A DNA stretch of 63,400 nt, filler included, from Conidiobolus incongruus B7586 (taxonomy: Eukaryota), in NCBI GenBank assembly GCA_000697335.1. It is 9 parts of 9 records of this genome, joined end to end, with 100 filler letters (N's around TTAATTAATTAA, not from the genome) between each part and the next. Parts side by side here need not be neighbours in the genome. Positions count along the whole stretch, not along the records: positions 35,601 to 53,255 come from JNEM01006234.1; positions 53,356 to 57,085 come from JNEM01006238.1; 7 more parts are not named here. One strand, 5' to 3'. Position 1 is the first letter of the stretch. Each line of letters begins with the position of its first letter. Of this stretch, positions 41,501 to 57,085 are shown in pieces. Made by a program: the position numbers and the translations under genes. The notes beneath the pieces are model-generated. The model was not told the origin of the DNA, did not search any database, and saw only the letters and a program-made list of their open reading frames with translations.

Positions 41501-44500
41501 TAGAGTTCTATATGTATTGTTAATATGTTCCAATTAAATGTAATTATACTGATTTTGTAAATTCATATCTCAACAAAATAGGATTTCCTGTTTAAATACT
41601 CCAAATTGTATTATTTACAATGGATTAGTGAAAATATATTTTAATTAGTAATATTATAAAATTATAAATATGTATATTAAATTATCTCTCACTATTATAA
41701 ATTGAAATAGATAAATAAATATTTAATTATAAAATAAAAGTTGAATAAAACTTGAAACAAAGAAAAAAAATAAGATTTTAGTAGTTTTAATTAATAAAAA
41801 ATCAATTAATTGAAATTTTAAAAATAAAGTATTCGAATTAATAATTTATAATATAGATCGACTATACAAACAGTATAATTTAATTTGAATACTAATGAAT
41901 AGGAATTATATATTTAATTTTTAATATAATTATACAAAAGATAACCAAAATAACTAGTAAATTTGGGTTATAATACATTAATTTATGAATATAACGAAGT
42001 AGTATTTATTAATTGTCAAATTATATTGATTTATACCTTATTCCAATTGGTTTTTAATTTTTGAGATATAAAATTATAATAGACATATATTCATAATATT
42101 AAACCAGTATATTTTGCTTAAATTTGATAATATTTAGTTTTAAAAATAATATTGTAACTGAATAAATATGAAAGATTTTATAATTATGTATAAAATATAT
42201 ATTATCAAAATTTGATTTAAAGTTTAAAATAGTATTACCGATATTAATATTTAATTATAATTTAGATTAATAATATTAAAATATTTCATAATATAATATA
42301 ATTTGGATTGCTATTAAACCAATGACAAATATATAGTTTGAACTAAATATAGGAATGTAATTTTTATTATTAAAAAATTAATTAATATCTTTTTAAAGTG
42401 AGTTAACTTATATATTATTTTCAAATAAAATACAGTATATAGATACTTAAGAATAAGAAAAATTTATTACTTAATTGATAATGATTAATTAATTAATAAA
42501 TAATAAAAATTTTATTCTCATATAATCCTTGTTTTAATAGCTCAATAAATTAACAATAAAGTATACTAATTAACCATCGTTTACATGATTATTCTATTGA
42601 GCTATTTAATAATTATTAATAATATATATTTAATCATTTGAATAATTTCAATTAAATGATTTGATATTAATTAATATGATTATATCAAAAACATCGCAAA
42701 TACTATGATTACAAGATTAAATTCAATTAGCTATATTTTAGCTATATTTTATGATTAAGACTAAATTAAATTATAGATAAAATACTAGGAATTAATAAGG
42801 TATGTTAAAAATTTTACAAAGTAATAAAATTTTAATTGTTATAAATATTTAATTTCAATTAAATTTAAACCACTGTAGAGAGTTTTTTTAACTATATAAA
42901 ATATAATCATTTATTTTATTTAATTAATACAAATATTTATTCAATTTTGTTTTATTTTATTTATAATATATTATAAAAAATTAATATTAAGTATAAGAGA
43001 CTAAGTTATATAAATATATATATTCTCAAATCAGTGATATATTAATTTTGTATTTGAAAAGATTTAATTTCAATTATTTGTCTAAAACAAGAGAAAAGTA
43101 TTATCTTACAATTTTTATTTAAACTTTTTTAATTCCAGATAGTATGATCATTACTAAATTAATTAATACAAATAATATATATATATATATTAACAAGTAT
43201 TTTAAACTGATTAGAAATTATATTAATATTATATTTTTATTAATATTCGTTTTCCAATGAAAATTTCGGCAAAATGGTGTAACATGTGGTACTCTCCTTA
43301 CTAAACAAGATAATACAAAGGACTATTTTAATTTAAACTTACTTGAATATTTCTACATTCCTCTCATTTTCCATTTATTCAGTGTAAGCTAAAGATCAAT
43401 CTGTTTAATTAATTTGTTGAATTGTTGAATTGTTGAATTATTGTTTCAATATTTATCAATTAATTTAATTAGTAAGGTTTATTAAAGATAAAGTTAATTC
43501 TTTAATATCAAAATTATTAAATACTTCAGAATTTATATCCCTAAACATTTTGAAATGATTTCATAATTATAACTCTAATTGATACTCTTGAATATGTCCA
43601 TTTTAACTCAATATCACGATTTTGAATTTTTAAATATTACATACTCATTGTAACCCATGCTTAATTTCATGAATGTGGATCTTCAACTACTTAGAATACA
43701 TTCATTAATACTAACTTATTATAATTATTACATTATTATATAACTTAAGAAAATAAGTATTTATTAGTATCATATAAATAGAATATTTTTTGAAAAGTGA
43801 ATAGAATGTTAAAAGATGAATATTAGTGATTTTTAGGGACAGTTATAAAATTATTAGTGAGAAATATAATGCGTTATTTGAAAGAATTTACTGGAATACT
43901 TCTATCAAGTTATACTTTTCTAAAGGATTTAAATCATTTAATTATAATAAGCTTAAATTTATTAACTGATAATATAATGAATAATTGACATAAATACTAA
44001 TATTAATGATGAACTATATGCGTTAATATTTATTTTAATATACAAATCAAGTTATTATATTAATGTGATCAAAGAGGTATCAGTTACCAATTAAAGAACT
44101 GACAGATTATGATACAATTCTATTTAAATCCTTATTCATTAATTAGTATCAAAAACGTAATTATTCTCTTAACAAGTGACAGTATATGAATGAGAATATA
44201 GAAAAAATTATAACTATTTTAAGATAACTGGAATTTATATTCAAATGCTGACCCGTGATTCAACGATTTATCACTAATTACCAGGTGTAATGAGCAAATT
44301 TTAACTGATGTTTTGGAGTTCATTTGATCTTTAGAGATTTGATTGGTTTTGTACCACGGTATCTGATAAAAGAAAGTAAGTAATTCATCTAAAATTAAAT
44401 AAATAATTTTTGAATGAGGATTTCCTTATTCGGATGATTTCTCAACAAATAGACGAATATATTTAAATAATGTTGCTATTTTTTATTTAATTAATTTGAT

Positions 44501-46419
44501 CAACTAATATTGATATAATTATGAAGTCATTATTTTGAAAGAATTACACTGAAATTACTCTTAATAACCTGTTAATAAGTAACTTAAAATAATTGAATTG
44601 GAAAAATTAAAATTAATAAAATTAATTAAATAAAATTAATAATAATATTAAATTTAATAGAAATTATTTCAAATCAAATTACCTCCCAAACAAAAGATCT
44701 ATTTAATTCCTTGTTCAAAACTGTAATATTAATATTATTCAAAATAAAGTGATGATCATTAAACTTAATATAAAAAGGCATCTCCTATTAACAGAATGTA
44801 TGATATTTGTTATTTGATAAATGGATAGCAAAATGCCAAAACCAGTGTAAAAATGTCGATAATTAAATAAACATAATAATAAATAATATTAATAACAGTG
44901 ATTCCAATTTAGAGACAATTGATTTACAATTTAATTATTAAATAGAACCTAATTGGAAAATAATTCTAACGCCTAATATCTACTATTTAACAAAATATCT
45001 TTGAAATTTTAAATTAAAAAAGAAAATAAACAGTGAAATTATGTATTTGATATTATTTAACATTCTATAAAATTGATTAATATGAGTGTATTTTATATAC
45101 CAATTATATTCAGAATAATTAATTTTATAATACTTGTATTAAATCGTAAGTTTGATAGCTTAGTATGATTTTGGTTACTTTTGATGTTTTGAAAATTGTG
45201 TAATAAATTTAATTTTAAAATACAACAAAAATTGAGTAATAGATATTTTTGTCGTCATTATTATACATATTAATAACAAATCAAAATACTTAATAAAATT
45301 TAGTCAATTTGGAAAAATATTAAAATTCAATTGACCCTTTAACTATATGTAGTATTCTGATTTAGTTATAAATGTATGGGTGGTTATTATCAAGTTAATC
45401 CATGAAATTGCTGAATTATCAATTTTGTATTTGAGTTCCATTACTATAGTGAAAACCAATTTTATTGTTTTCTTATCAATTATTCCACTAAAGTAAAATG
45501 ATTCATATTATTATATGGAACCTGTTAATTATTCAGTTCATCAAACCTTAGACAACTTATCAGATTGAATTATATTATTCTCTTTAACCAATAGCTCTGC
45601 TACATTCTCTCTTAATTGTCTAGCTAAACCAATAAAATGTTGAGAAATTTCAAATGATATTATTTTTTAAATTGATATTTCTATTAAAAGGTATTTTTCC
45701 CATTAATTTCATATAATTTTGATTTTATTTTTACTTTTACCATTACACTATAGTTTTATGTGGTATTGATATCTCATTAATTTACTATATTTGGTAATAT
45801 CAAGAGACACTCTTTTGAATTGAATAGAAAATTATAAAAATATATATTAAAAAAATATAATTAAAAAGTTGAATAAGATTTGATTATTTAAATACTATAA
45901 CCTATATATCCATAGAATATACCATACATACTATTAATCTTTATATATATATAATTTCTTTTATTTATTTATGTGATCTATATAACGTGGCAATAAATAT
46001 AAATGAGAAAATGATTTGTTAAAATTTGGGTAAAATAGATAATAAATATCAAACAATATTAATTAATCAAATGAATAATGTAATTTCAATATAATTTTCA
46101 CTTGATTGTTTCCAAGTGGTAAAAACTGGAATATATGGTCATCTAGATTGGGTATTCAGGTTCTAGTGAATAACAGTTTATCTTGATTAAATTGATTTTG
46201 CTAGTCTGGTATATAAACCTGAGTTACTTCAATCTTGACTCAATTTTCCCTCAGTTAATCATTTTGTTTAATTCATTTGATTTTAGCCTCTTTTGTTAAT
46301 TATTCCTCTTTCTCTCTTTTTCTCCCACTTCTTACTTCCCTTCTCACTCTCGTATAGGTTGTTCTTTAATACCTTATTATTGATTATCTAGTTTTGCTTG
46401 TATTATATTATAAATCAAA

Positions 46420-47682
46420 ATGAAAGCAAGTAAAATATTAATCGCTAAGCTTTCATCTTCCAAAAAAAGTCAACCTTTACACATCTACACACTACCTGAG
46501 CTCGACTTAGAAAATACAGAATCCAAGTCAGAATCTGTGTATTATAGTATAGAAGAGCTCATCCCCTATTTCTTTAACAAAACACCTGGCAACAGCTTAG
46601 ATCAAATCTTTAAATCAGCCAATTCGGAGTATGATCTAATCAAAGATGAAAACAGTGGTATGACGTTAATTAATTCGGATTATTTAAATGATATAGCTAT
46701 TCAAAATCAATGGTATACCTTGGCTTTGCTCAGTAAAGAGAATAAGATTGGGTTGTTAACTGGAAAAATCAGCAATATCTTAGAATCCTTGAGACTCCCT
46801 AATATCCAAATTTATTCTAATTTCACTAACGTTTCGCTTGATATTAAGCCAGCTAGATTACGTAGTATATCTGTACCTCCGGGTAATCCTAATACCTCAC
46901 CTATACAAGGAAAGATGGATTCAGAAAACTCTCCAAGAACAAATCAAACCAACTCCAGTACCCCGCAGTTCAAACCGATGATAACTAAAAAAGACTCCCA
47001 ATCAATGAGCTTTGATTATGCGCAGAGACCTCATCAACCACATCCAGATTCCTTGAGAATGCTGGACACTGTGTTACCTTCTGCTACATCAGACTATCCT
47101 CCAAAAAGAGCCATACCAAGATACACACCCGCATCAAAAACTTTAGTTCCTCCAACCTATTCTAATCCAACTGCTAGAGTGAGAGGTAGACCGCGCAAGC
47201 CTGTTACTAATCCATACCCTCAAGCATCAATTTCACCCTCTCTTGGACACTTTGGACACTTCAAAATCGATCCACCTCCACAAGAGATGATCCTACTTCC
47301 TCCAACCACACCTTCAGCACTTCGTCCAAGATATCACTCCCCTCCTACCAATAAATCACCTATCCAGCCCATCAGACCTCCATCCCAGCCAGTATACAGG
47401 CCCCCTTTCGAGCCCAAATTGAGGCCCTCACTTCCAGTTAGCCATCAGCCTACTGGATCTGACCACCCCCTAGAGTGGTGTCGCAAAGAAGTCTACAGTT
47501 TAATCAACCTTAGCTCCGAGCTTAGATATCGACTTCTCAAGCTGGAAGAATGCATGAGCAATCTCCAGCCCCACCAACCATCATCATACGTTCCACCAAC
47601 CCAACCTCAATCATACACTCCGATTGATCCCAAAACATACTCGCCTTACAATAGACCAGCACCACCTCCCGAGCGACACTGA
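46420..47682 (+). CDS. Unknown 420-aa protein: globular N-terminus, Pro/Ser-rich region with AT-hook (RGRPRK), short C-terminal coiled coil
   Basis: Long intronless ORF with coding-like composition. TATATAAA at about 46210 and a CT-rich tract upstream. Confidence 0.8.
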   Translation: MKASKILIAKLSSSKKSQPLHIYTLPELDLENTESKSESVYYSIEELIPYFFNKTPGNSLDQIFKSANSEYDLIKDENSGMTLINSDYLNDIAIQNQWYTLALLSKENKIGLLTGKISNILESLRLPNIQIYSNFTNVSLDIKPARLRSISVPPGNPNTSPIQGKMDSENSPRTNQTNSSTPQFKPMITKKDSQSMSFDYAQRPHQPHPDSLRMLDTVLPSATSDYPPKRAIPRYTPASKTLVPPTYSNPTARVRGRPRKPVTNPYPQASISPSLGHFGHFKIDPPPQEMILLPPTTPSALRPRYHSPPTNKSPIQPIRPPSQPVYRPPFEPKLRPSLPVSHQPTGSDHPLEWCRKEVYSLINLSSELRYRLLKLEECMSNLQPHQPSSYVPPTQPQSYTPIDPKTYSPYNRPAPPPERH

Positions 47683-48294
47683 TTGTATGTAGATAAAACT
47701 CAAGAACACACCCTTACATCGCGTTCCCACCACGGACGGATTGTGTATATCACCACCTGTAATATTTAAGAAGTATCCATTACCACTCCCTCAATTCAAT
47801 TCCCATTATGTTAATAAACTAATCTCCTCCCTCTTCATTGGTCAATCCTATCATCACCAAATCAAATTTTCATTTAAAACTCACGGAATTTTTCACGATT
47901 TACATGAAATTTTACACTTTAAAATTCATGATAATTACTAATTTGAACACAAATTTTCTAATTAAAATCAAATTGAATATATTTTATTGTTACATTACAT
48001 ATAAATTATTTTCAAATTTTTTGATTCTTTAACATATGAAATAAAATTAAAAAAAATTTTTTTTCTAAATTATTATTAATAGCGATAGTTTATGGATAAT
48101 TTTCTTTTCTGAAAATTAAAAAAAATTATTATATATATATATATATAATATAATTTTTTTATATCTAATATTAATATTATCATAATTTTTAAAATTATTA
48201 AATTAACAAATTGAAGTATACTTTCTTTTCTCTATTATTTTAGTTAAAATAATAATTATAAAATTTTGTAATAAATAAATTTTCAAATATATGA

Positions 48295-48337
48295 TTATAT
48301 TATATTATATTATATTATATTATATTATATTATATTA
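48295..48337. repeat. (TTATA)n microsatellite, about 8 units
   Basis: Direct reading: ttatattatattatattatatt... Confidence 0.85.
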
Positions 48338-51300
48338 AATTTAATATAATAAATTCAAATATATAAATATTAGACTCTAAAGAAAATTGATATATTTTCA
48401 TTGATAAATTTTCATGAATATGGTATATTAGACTGTTTCTTTAACTGCCGAAGTATAAAATTAATAATTCATTTTAATGATAATTTAATTAACATGTAAT
48501 ATTTAATATCAATCATTTACACTTATACTTTCATTGAAATAATATATATAGTTGATTGAATAAAAGTATATATATATATATATATAATTATCTGTCAAGT
48601 TGATATAAATCAATCAACTGTTTATTGATTTAATGAAGATTAATAAAATTTTGAATTTAATTAGTAGAAATTTTTTATTAAAAGATTTTACTAAATCGAG
48701 TATTATAAGAGTAAATCCATTTTATAAATTATTTAATTTCACCAAGTGTGCCAACGTTTGAGTAATTATTTCCATAAATTAAGATAAAATGTCATGAATT
48801 TATTTATATTGATATAAATTGTGGTTATATCAATTTTAAAAAAAAACTGGTAGGTTATTAATATTGTTTTCTATTTAAAGCAAAATTCTCAATTTTATAT
48901 AATGTGATCATAAAAATTAATTTAATAATTTTATAATAAATATTTTAATAAAAATTATAAAAAATATTACTATTTTGAACAATTTCAATTAATATATTTA
49001 AATTATTTTAACTAACAAAATCAAGTTAAAAGATGATCTACTGATTCAAAACTGATAAAGATGTAGATAACTAGAGAGATTAGATAAGATAAAAGATATC
49101 TATAACCAATCATCTGTGAATATTATAGTATCTCAAATTTTCGGAACTTGACCTAAATATTTACCCTTACATCCAATCACTATTGTTAAATTACTATATC
49201 ATGAGAATTTTAGAATAATTTGATAATTTTCATATTTGATAATATATTAGTAAAAACCGAATTTATAACTAAGTTATTAACTAATTATAATTTATTTGAA
49301 ATATTATGGTGTTATATTATTGGAAAAGCTAGCTAGTTGTCAATACGGTGAACATATAATAATCATGAATTCTCTGGATTTTATTTATGTCATACTGTTA
49401 TTTGATATGTAAATTTTTTATATATTGCACAAATCAAAAGTATTTTAATACACTTAACAAAAATTCCAAGTATTTAATCCAGAAATCGAATTTTTAATCA
49501 CAAATCCATTCTTATGTCGTAACACTCAACATTCAATCAATACTTTGATAATTAAAAATTCTGTCAAACTGTTGGGTATTGATCACATTTGCGATAAGAA
49601 AATTAAAAAAACAGTTGTGAAATTAGGATTCTGAATGATAATGAAGCATATATTGTCCAATATTAATAAGGGTGTACTAGCAATGAATTACTTGACACAA
49701 ATATTTGTAACTATTATAATTTTCACAGGTTTTATTGATTTAATTCAATAAAACCAAAGATAGCGAAGTTGTTCCAATTATCATTATCAATCAATGTTGG
49801 CCCAGATCCCGATTATACATCATATATTCAATATATGTGAATTATTTCTATGGTTTGAAATGAGCTTTTCAATATATTATACAGATTAGAATGCTAAAAA
49901 GTTATCATTGAGGTTGTAAATATGAAATATACTAGATAATATTTTTAAGATGGGATAATTTCAATAAATTCTATTTAGATTATTTCATTTTAGTATGAAA
50001 ACAGAAAATGTTCATATTATAGATAGAAACCTTGGTTCATTGTTTATTTTTAGAAGAAAATTTTATACATTTTTTAATATAATCTCGTGTTCTATTCAAT
50101 GTTCAATTTAATTATTTTTTACTGTCTAATCATTTCTACTATAGAATAATATGATATCAATTACCATGCTATTTTATTCAATTATAAAAAAGTAACAGGA
50201 TCAGAATTTATAGTGAGATCAGCTATTATAAGAATGTTGATATTTAAATCTAGGATATCAATATCAAATTTTGAAAAAATATAGATTATATTTTTATACA
50301 ATACTAATATAGCTAGAAATGATATGAAATTAAAATTTAAATGAAAAAAATAATTTATCAAATTTAAAAAATTTAATATTAGTTATTTAATTGGCTTATA
50401 TATAATTAAAAAAGAAAATCCATAATAATAATAGTATCTCCATTCAATTTAAAAAGCAATTTTCATATATCATTGATTTACCATTAAAGTTATCAAACCA
50501 CTATTATTACAGTGTCAAAGCTTAACTTTAGATTTAATATAACAATGGAATATTTTAAAGAAAGCTTTATTATATTGCCTTGGACTAACGAACATTATGG
50601 ATAGGCGGCATAGAAATAACTCAATAGTCAATTGAACTGAAGTTGTATCACTTCAAATCCCAATATATTTTATTCCACTATTAAAAATGATTTTTAACTT
50701 AATTTTAACAACATGATTCAATATTGAATTAACATATAAAATTAACTCCTTTAGTATCAGTTTCAAAAAATTTCCATTTTAGTTAAGGATATTATTTTAT
50801 TATTACTGGTATTTGACCGTTTAAAAATTGGTACCAATTTTATTACCCTTTTTGATTTGATATAAATCATTATTTGATTATATATTTAGTCTTAAAATAT
50901 TCAAGAATTTTTTATCATTTAAACTTATATAGATTTTAAGATTAGCCAAAACTATTGTGTATTATCAAATCACTATATTTAATTTTGCAGAAAATATATA
51001 AATTATCTATTAGTTAATATTTTATGAACAAACTTGTAAAAACAAAAATAGTTATATAATTATCTAAATATGTATATATGAAAAGTTATTATAATATAAC
51101 AATTATATAGAGTTCAAGTCAAAATACCTTGTAATTTGATAATATATATTCTGCATTTTATGTGTGTTGATCTATTTTTAAGAAACATTTACTAATAGGC
51201 GGAATATTTATTAAATTATATACTCAACTTATATATATATATATATTGAAATCTATTAAATTAGATTACTTGTAGAATTATTAAAGCTTGTTTATTCTGT

Positions 51301-54300
51301 ATTTTAATCTTCATATATCAATATATTTCTAATATTTTTGAGAAAGAATTATTTTAATAATATATATCATATTAAAAAAGATAAATTATTAAACTTTTTT
51401 ATAAATATTAAAAAAATTAAAAAATTATTTTTTTTACCAATGATAGACAGGAACTATATTAAGTCTATTTATTTTTGAAAGCTTTAAAATACTACAATTA
51501 TTATAATTAATATTTACCTAATATTTAACTTTTATATTTGCAATTGGTTTATTATGCTTACGTGCTTAAAAGTTATTAGTAAAATCATATTAAATTAGAA
51601 ACTTACTATAATTAGAAAAGGGTTAATAAACTAATGTGGGAATTTTATTTAGTGGTATTTGATATTGTAGTTTAATATAATTGGTTAATGATCTTAAGTC
51701 CAAAATCTGTGGTGGTGATATAGCTGATAAAAATATACAAATCATGAATTTTCATAATTGCAATATTATGATTATTGTTCTTATAAAATATTGAAAATTA
51801 CTGAATTACTACTAATATACTGATAACTGAGTTAAATAATCATTAATATCAAAATTTATTCAAAACCTATTTATTGAATCATTTAAAATTTTTCATTCAA
51901 AAATTACATTAATTTGGAATAAATTATTAAATCAGTATATATTAAGGTAGTTTATTATTCACTATCGATTATATTAGATATAACAAAATATTGGAGATAT
52001 TTAAATAAACTGATAAAAGGCTTTATTGATATAACTATCTTAAAACTGATAATCATAAATTAAAATATTTTATATTTGAGGTTAATAATATAATTATCTT
52101 ATTTCATTCATGATGTAATTACTTCAAGTGAATATCAATTGATTTTTTCTCTTAGTTGTTATATTAATTATATTAAAATAGCTCCTATCTCACTATATCA
52201 AATTTCATCTCTCTAGTTTAATGATTTCATCTTAAATTTCTTAATTGCTTTGGTAGTCATTAAATTTCTCACACCATTATATAAAGGACGATTTGTTAAA
52301 CTCTTTGCATAACACATATAAGAATAAATCAACATCAATTATTAATTAAATAAAACTATTTTGTGATCTTATATATTTTAAATTAATAACTGTAAAATTT
52401 ATTAGCCTCAAATTTAGCCATTATCATTATGAACAATATCCAAATACTAGATTTTTGGATAAGTGATGTATGGAGTTAATTAATAAAGGATCAATTTATA
52501 TTTTGTATTAGAATATTATTTGAAATTAATCAAGATATAAAATTAGGTCTATTAATTAAAATTATAATTTTTTATCATCACTGATATTTGAGGATATTAT
52601 TAATATTATTAAATATATTAGACTTAAAATTAATTTAATTAATCTTAAGATAAAATTAGATATATCGTTTAATTTGAGAATTAATGCTCAATACTTAAGT
52701 ATTATTATATGAATCAATTTACTTCACTTTTTTTTTACTTTTAATTCAATATTCAAGAATAATCCCAGAGCTTATTATATGCACTATCTATATAATTTCC
52801 TTTCATAAAAAGATAAAACATTTCAAATATAATAGAAAATGATATAATTTCAAACTTTGCTAAAGTTGAATAAAAAGAATAGAATTTAATATAATAATAT
52901 ACAAATTATCTTATCTATTATTTAGATATATCTAATAATAGCAAATAAAACACAAGACTTATAAAACTGATTTTATGATATTAATGTAATAAACTAAAAG
53001 ATAAAAGATGAGATAAAAAGTTTTTTAAGATAACTAAGGCTTATTATTATAGTATTAATTAAAAATATTATAATATTTTCCATATATTATTCAATAACTT
53101 CACTATTATTAATTGTAATTTAAATATATGTTTCTCAAAATAATTTTTATTTAATTTATAAATAATAATTAATTAATAATCAAATTATATACCTGAATAA
53201 TTAATGCATAATAATATAATTTTTATAAAATATTATCAAAATAATAATTATCGCTNNNNNNNNNNNNNNNNNNNNNNNNNNNNNNNNNNNNNNNNNNNNT
53301 TAATTAATTAANNNNNNNNNNNNNNNNNNNNNNNNNNNNNNNNNNNNNNNNNNNNTTATTTATATTTTTTTATTTAAATCTTTATATTTTATTAAGTAAA
53401 CAAGTTTAAATTTTAACAAATATAAAAAAATTATATAAAATATAATATTGAGATCATAATTGAATTTTTATAATATCTTGAATTAAATACATAAAATAAA
53501 TAAATTTAATTATTTGAAAATTAATTTATTTGAAAGAGGAAATAGAAAATATTCAAATTTCAATTATATATATATATATATATATTAAATTAAATTAAAA
53601 ATAAAATAGTAAAAATATCGTATGTTTGTTATTAACTGAATAAGGAATATTTTGACCTATAAATTTATTATACAATATAGATATAAATTTATATTCAATT
53701 ATTTAATATTTCAACCTATTAATTTAAAATATTAAGTTGAAAAAACACTCAAACAGCTGAAATTAATATATCATTAAACAATAAAATCTGAAATCTTAGT
53801 ATAATTCAATATTAATCATCTATATTCGGTCAGATACTATATATTTAATGAAATCATCTAGAAAATGATGAAATAAAATTGTTTGTATCTTTAAAGAAAT
53901 TTAATATAAATGATATAAAAATACTATGGAGAATATATTTGGTATTGGCTTTGAAATAATTTTAAAAATTATTTGAAGAAATTAGTATTTCATTTAATCA
54001 TTGTTGTTATTTCTTAATAGAAATTGATTCATTCAATAAATTTTAATATTTCCAATATCTATAAGTGGTATAAATGAAATAATCAATCAGCAATTTAATA
54101 CACATTGGAATATCTCGGAATTTAATTTATCAAATATTTCAAAAAAAATCAATCAAATACCTTAACATAATTGTTTTATATTGATTATCTTTGTCATTAA
54201 TTTCAAATTAAACTTGTATTCAGATATTTTTAGCTTAGAAAATGTTTTAAATCTGAAAAAAGAGTGTTAATTTTTTAGGATGTTAATATTCGATTAGGGA

Positions 54301-55588
54301 TTGTATTGATCCTATTAAATTTATTATCATCATTTAATAGAATGATAAAACAAGTAAAATATTTTTAAATCATGGATAACTATTGGAATGAATGATATCA
54401 TTTAGGAGCAAGTGGAACAGTATGAACGGTATTGAAGCGAATATAGTTAACAAAATATAATATTGTTGATATTTGATTAAGTCTTATTATATTTAATACT
54501 TTGATAGTATTGATATCCTAACAATTCAAAATGATCTATATTTAACATTCACCTATTCAATATTTTGATTTCAATTGAATACAAGTTTAGTGACTATGTT
54601 AGGGATTTATTAAATTTCCTCAATTAACCAAAACCAATCCCAATTTAGGAAAATGGGCTTAAGATTCGAAAATTCAAGCAAAAAAAATTAAAAATAAACC
54701 TCCAAAGATCAAAATTGATAGAGGTATTATAAAATTGGAAATAATACCTTTAATAGAGTTATAAAAGAATCAATATATAATTGAAATCGCTAAATATTGA
54801 GAGATCATGTAGTGAAATGCTTTAAAAGTTTCATTGATTATTAATTGGAATTGGGACAAAGTTGTTAAAAAGATTATCCAATTTAAAAAATTTTATCATT
54901 AGGTCCACTTAATCCATGGATCTTCAGCTACAAGAATATCCATTTGACATTGATTCAATGGTATAGATGTCACTTTGTAATATTTTAGCCTCTTTACATT
55001 TGTTAATTTATTAAAAATTATAGTTTTTTTCTATTCATTGTTACTACATCATCTCTCCATTCTCCACCCAAAATCCCAATATGTTTAAACCCTTTTGAAA
55101 CAAATCATTTCCCAACCCCAAACTAGGAAATTCAGGTGGCATTTTCAACATTTCATTAATCCCAAAAATTTCCTATTTCACAACAATCTCACATATCTGA
55201 ATTTAATTTTTCAATCTGAATCCAGATGAATTGGAAATTGCGGTGACAGCTCTGAAAATGAACCGTGTAAAAATTGAGCTTGGAAAAAAAAATTAGATAC
55301 TTGCTGCGTCTCTTTTAATTTATTTTTTTATTGAATATTAATTATTTATAATCATTTTTGATACTAATATAGTTTTTATTTATATAATATTTATTTTTTT
55401 TAAAAAATATTATAAGAAAATAAATTTTTTTTAAATCTTGGTGGTGTTGCATTAATTAATATTTAAAAAAAATCATAATATTACTTAGTATTGGTTGAGA
55501 TATTATTCACAATTCAAAAACAAAGTTAGCATTTGATATAGTATCACACACACCCATATATATATTTATATAAATATAAGATAATAAA

Positions 55589-57085
55589 ATGGCAACGCTA
55601 TTTGACCAACTATTCAACCCCAACTCTAATTCAACCGCTCCTCCAGTACCAGATCCAATCCAATATTACAAACCTTTTTGGATCAATTTCGCTGGTTCTT
55701 TAGCGCTAAGTGCTTTCGTAAGTTTAATATGTATGATAATTCACGAAGCTCTCCGAAATAGGTCAGACTGGAGGAATTTGTTCGCTGCTAGATGTTATCT
55801 TCCCAAGTATTATTTTTTAAAAAAAAAATCATTTTTATTTATTTGCCTAATTGTTTTATTTAGGAACCCAGCACCACCGACGAGTTCGAGGTGGTTCGGA
55901 TGGATAGCTAAAAGTTATAGGACGACGGAACACGAATTACTAAAGAGTGTAGGGTTAGATGCTGTAATGTATATGCGATTTATAAAGTTAGGGTTACAAT
56001 TATCTTTGGTGGGTCTACTGGTTATTCTTCCTATTGTACTACCGATAAATTATAGCTATTCCGCCGAAGAAGAAAGGCAAAACACTTTTAACTCTTATTC
56101 TATAATTTCTCTAAGAAATCATCCTAATTTACTCTGGGTGCATTATGTCCTCATCTCACTGTTTACTCTGTTGGCTCTATATTTAGTACATAAGAATAGT
56201 GTAGATTTTGTCAGACTTCGACGATTACAGTATATGGAAGAAGTAAAATTGAGTAATCCCAGATGTCGTACTGTAATGATAACCCATCTACCTCAAGAGT
56301 TACAAGACGACGAAAAATTTCGGGAGTATTTCGAAAATTTGGGTTTAGGGAGTGTTCAGTGCACTCAACTTATTAGATACCCTACAAAATTGATAGAATA
56401 CTTGGCAAGAAGGAAGAAAGCTCTTTTAGAGTTGGAAATTGCCCATATTCAGTTGTGTAAAAATTTTTTATTGGCTATTCAGCAGAAGATACTCACTCGA
56501 GAGAGTTTTGAAAGTGTAGATAATTTGACCGAATATTACCAGTGTGTGAATTATTTGAAACAGTTCAAGCACAAGGAGGTTGCTCCCCTGCCGGTGACTC
56601 AGACCGATTTGAATCATAATGTGGACGATCCAGAAGCTGGTCCGGTCCAAAATAATTACGAGCTTCAAGAGGGTGAAACGATATGGGATGTTTTGGCGCG
56701 TATCAACCCTCAATTGCTGGATCCCTTCCAGCCTGAGCATCGCACCAAGTATAAAACGGGGAAATTGACAAAGAGTGTGGATTATTGGTTGAACAAGTTA
56801 GGGTATTTGGATCGCAGAATTTTCGAATTGAGAGACCCTACTCGAATTTCTCACCGATTTGCACCTTCGAGAACTGGATTTGTGACTTTTGAGCAGTGTA
56901 GCGCTGCCCAACTGTGCGCCCAGAGTATTTTGCACTCGGATATTGAGCACTGTCGCGTAAGTTTAGCGCCCGAACCCAAGGATATTCTTTGGAAGAACCA
57001 CACGATCAGTTGGAAGTGGCGAATGATTCGCAAAATTTTGGTGAATATGGCGGTTTGGACATTATTTATCTTATGGTTCATCCCA
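55589..57085 (+). CDS. CSC1/OSCA/TMEM63 (RSN1/PHM7 family) cation channel, 5' part; intron 55807-55863; truncated at gap
   Basis: WFGWI...VGLDAVMYMRF, ILPIVLPINY, LWVH, RTVMITHLP, GFVTF...AAQLCAQ, APEPKDILWKN motifs. Confidence 0.92.
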
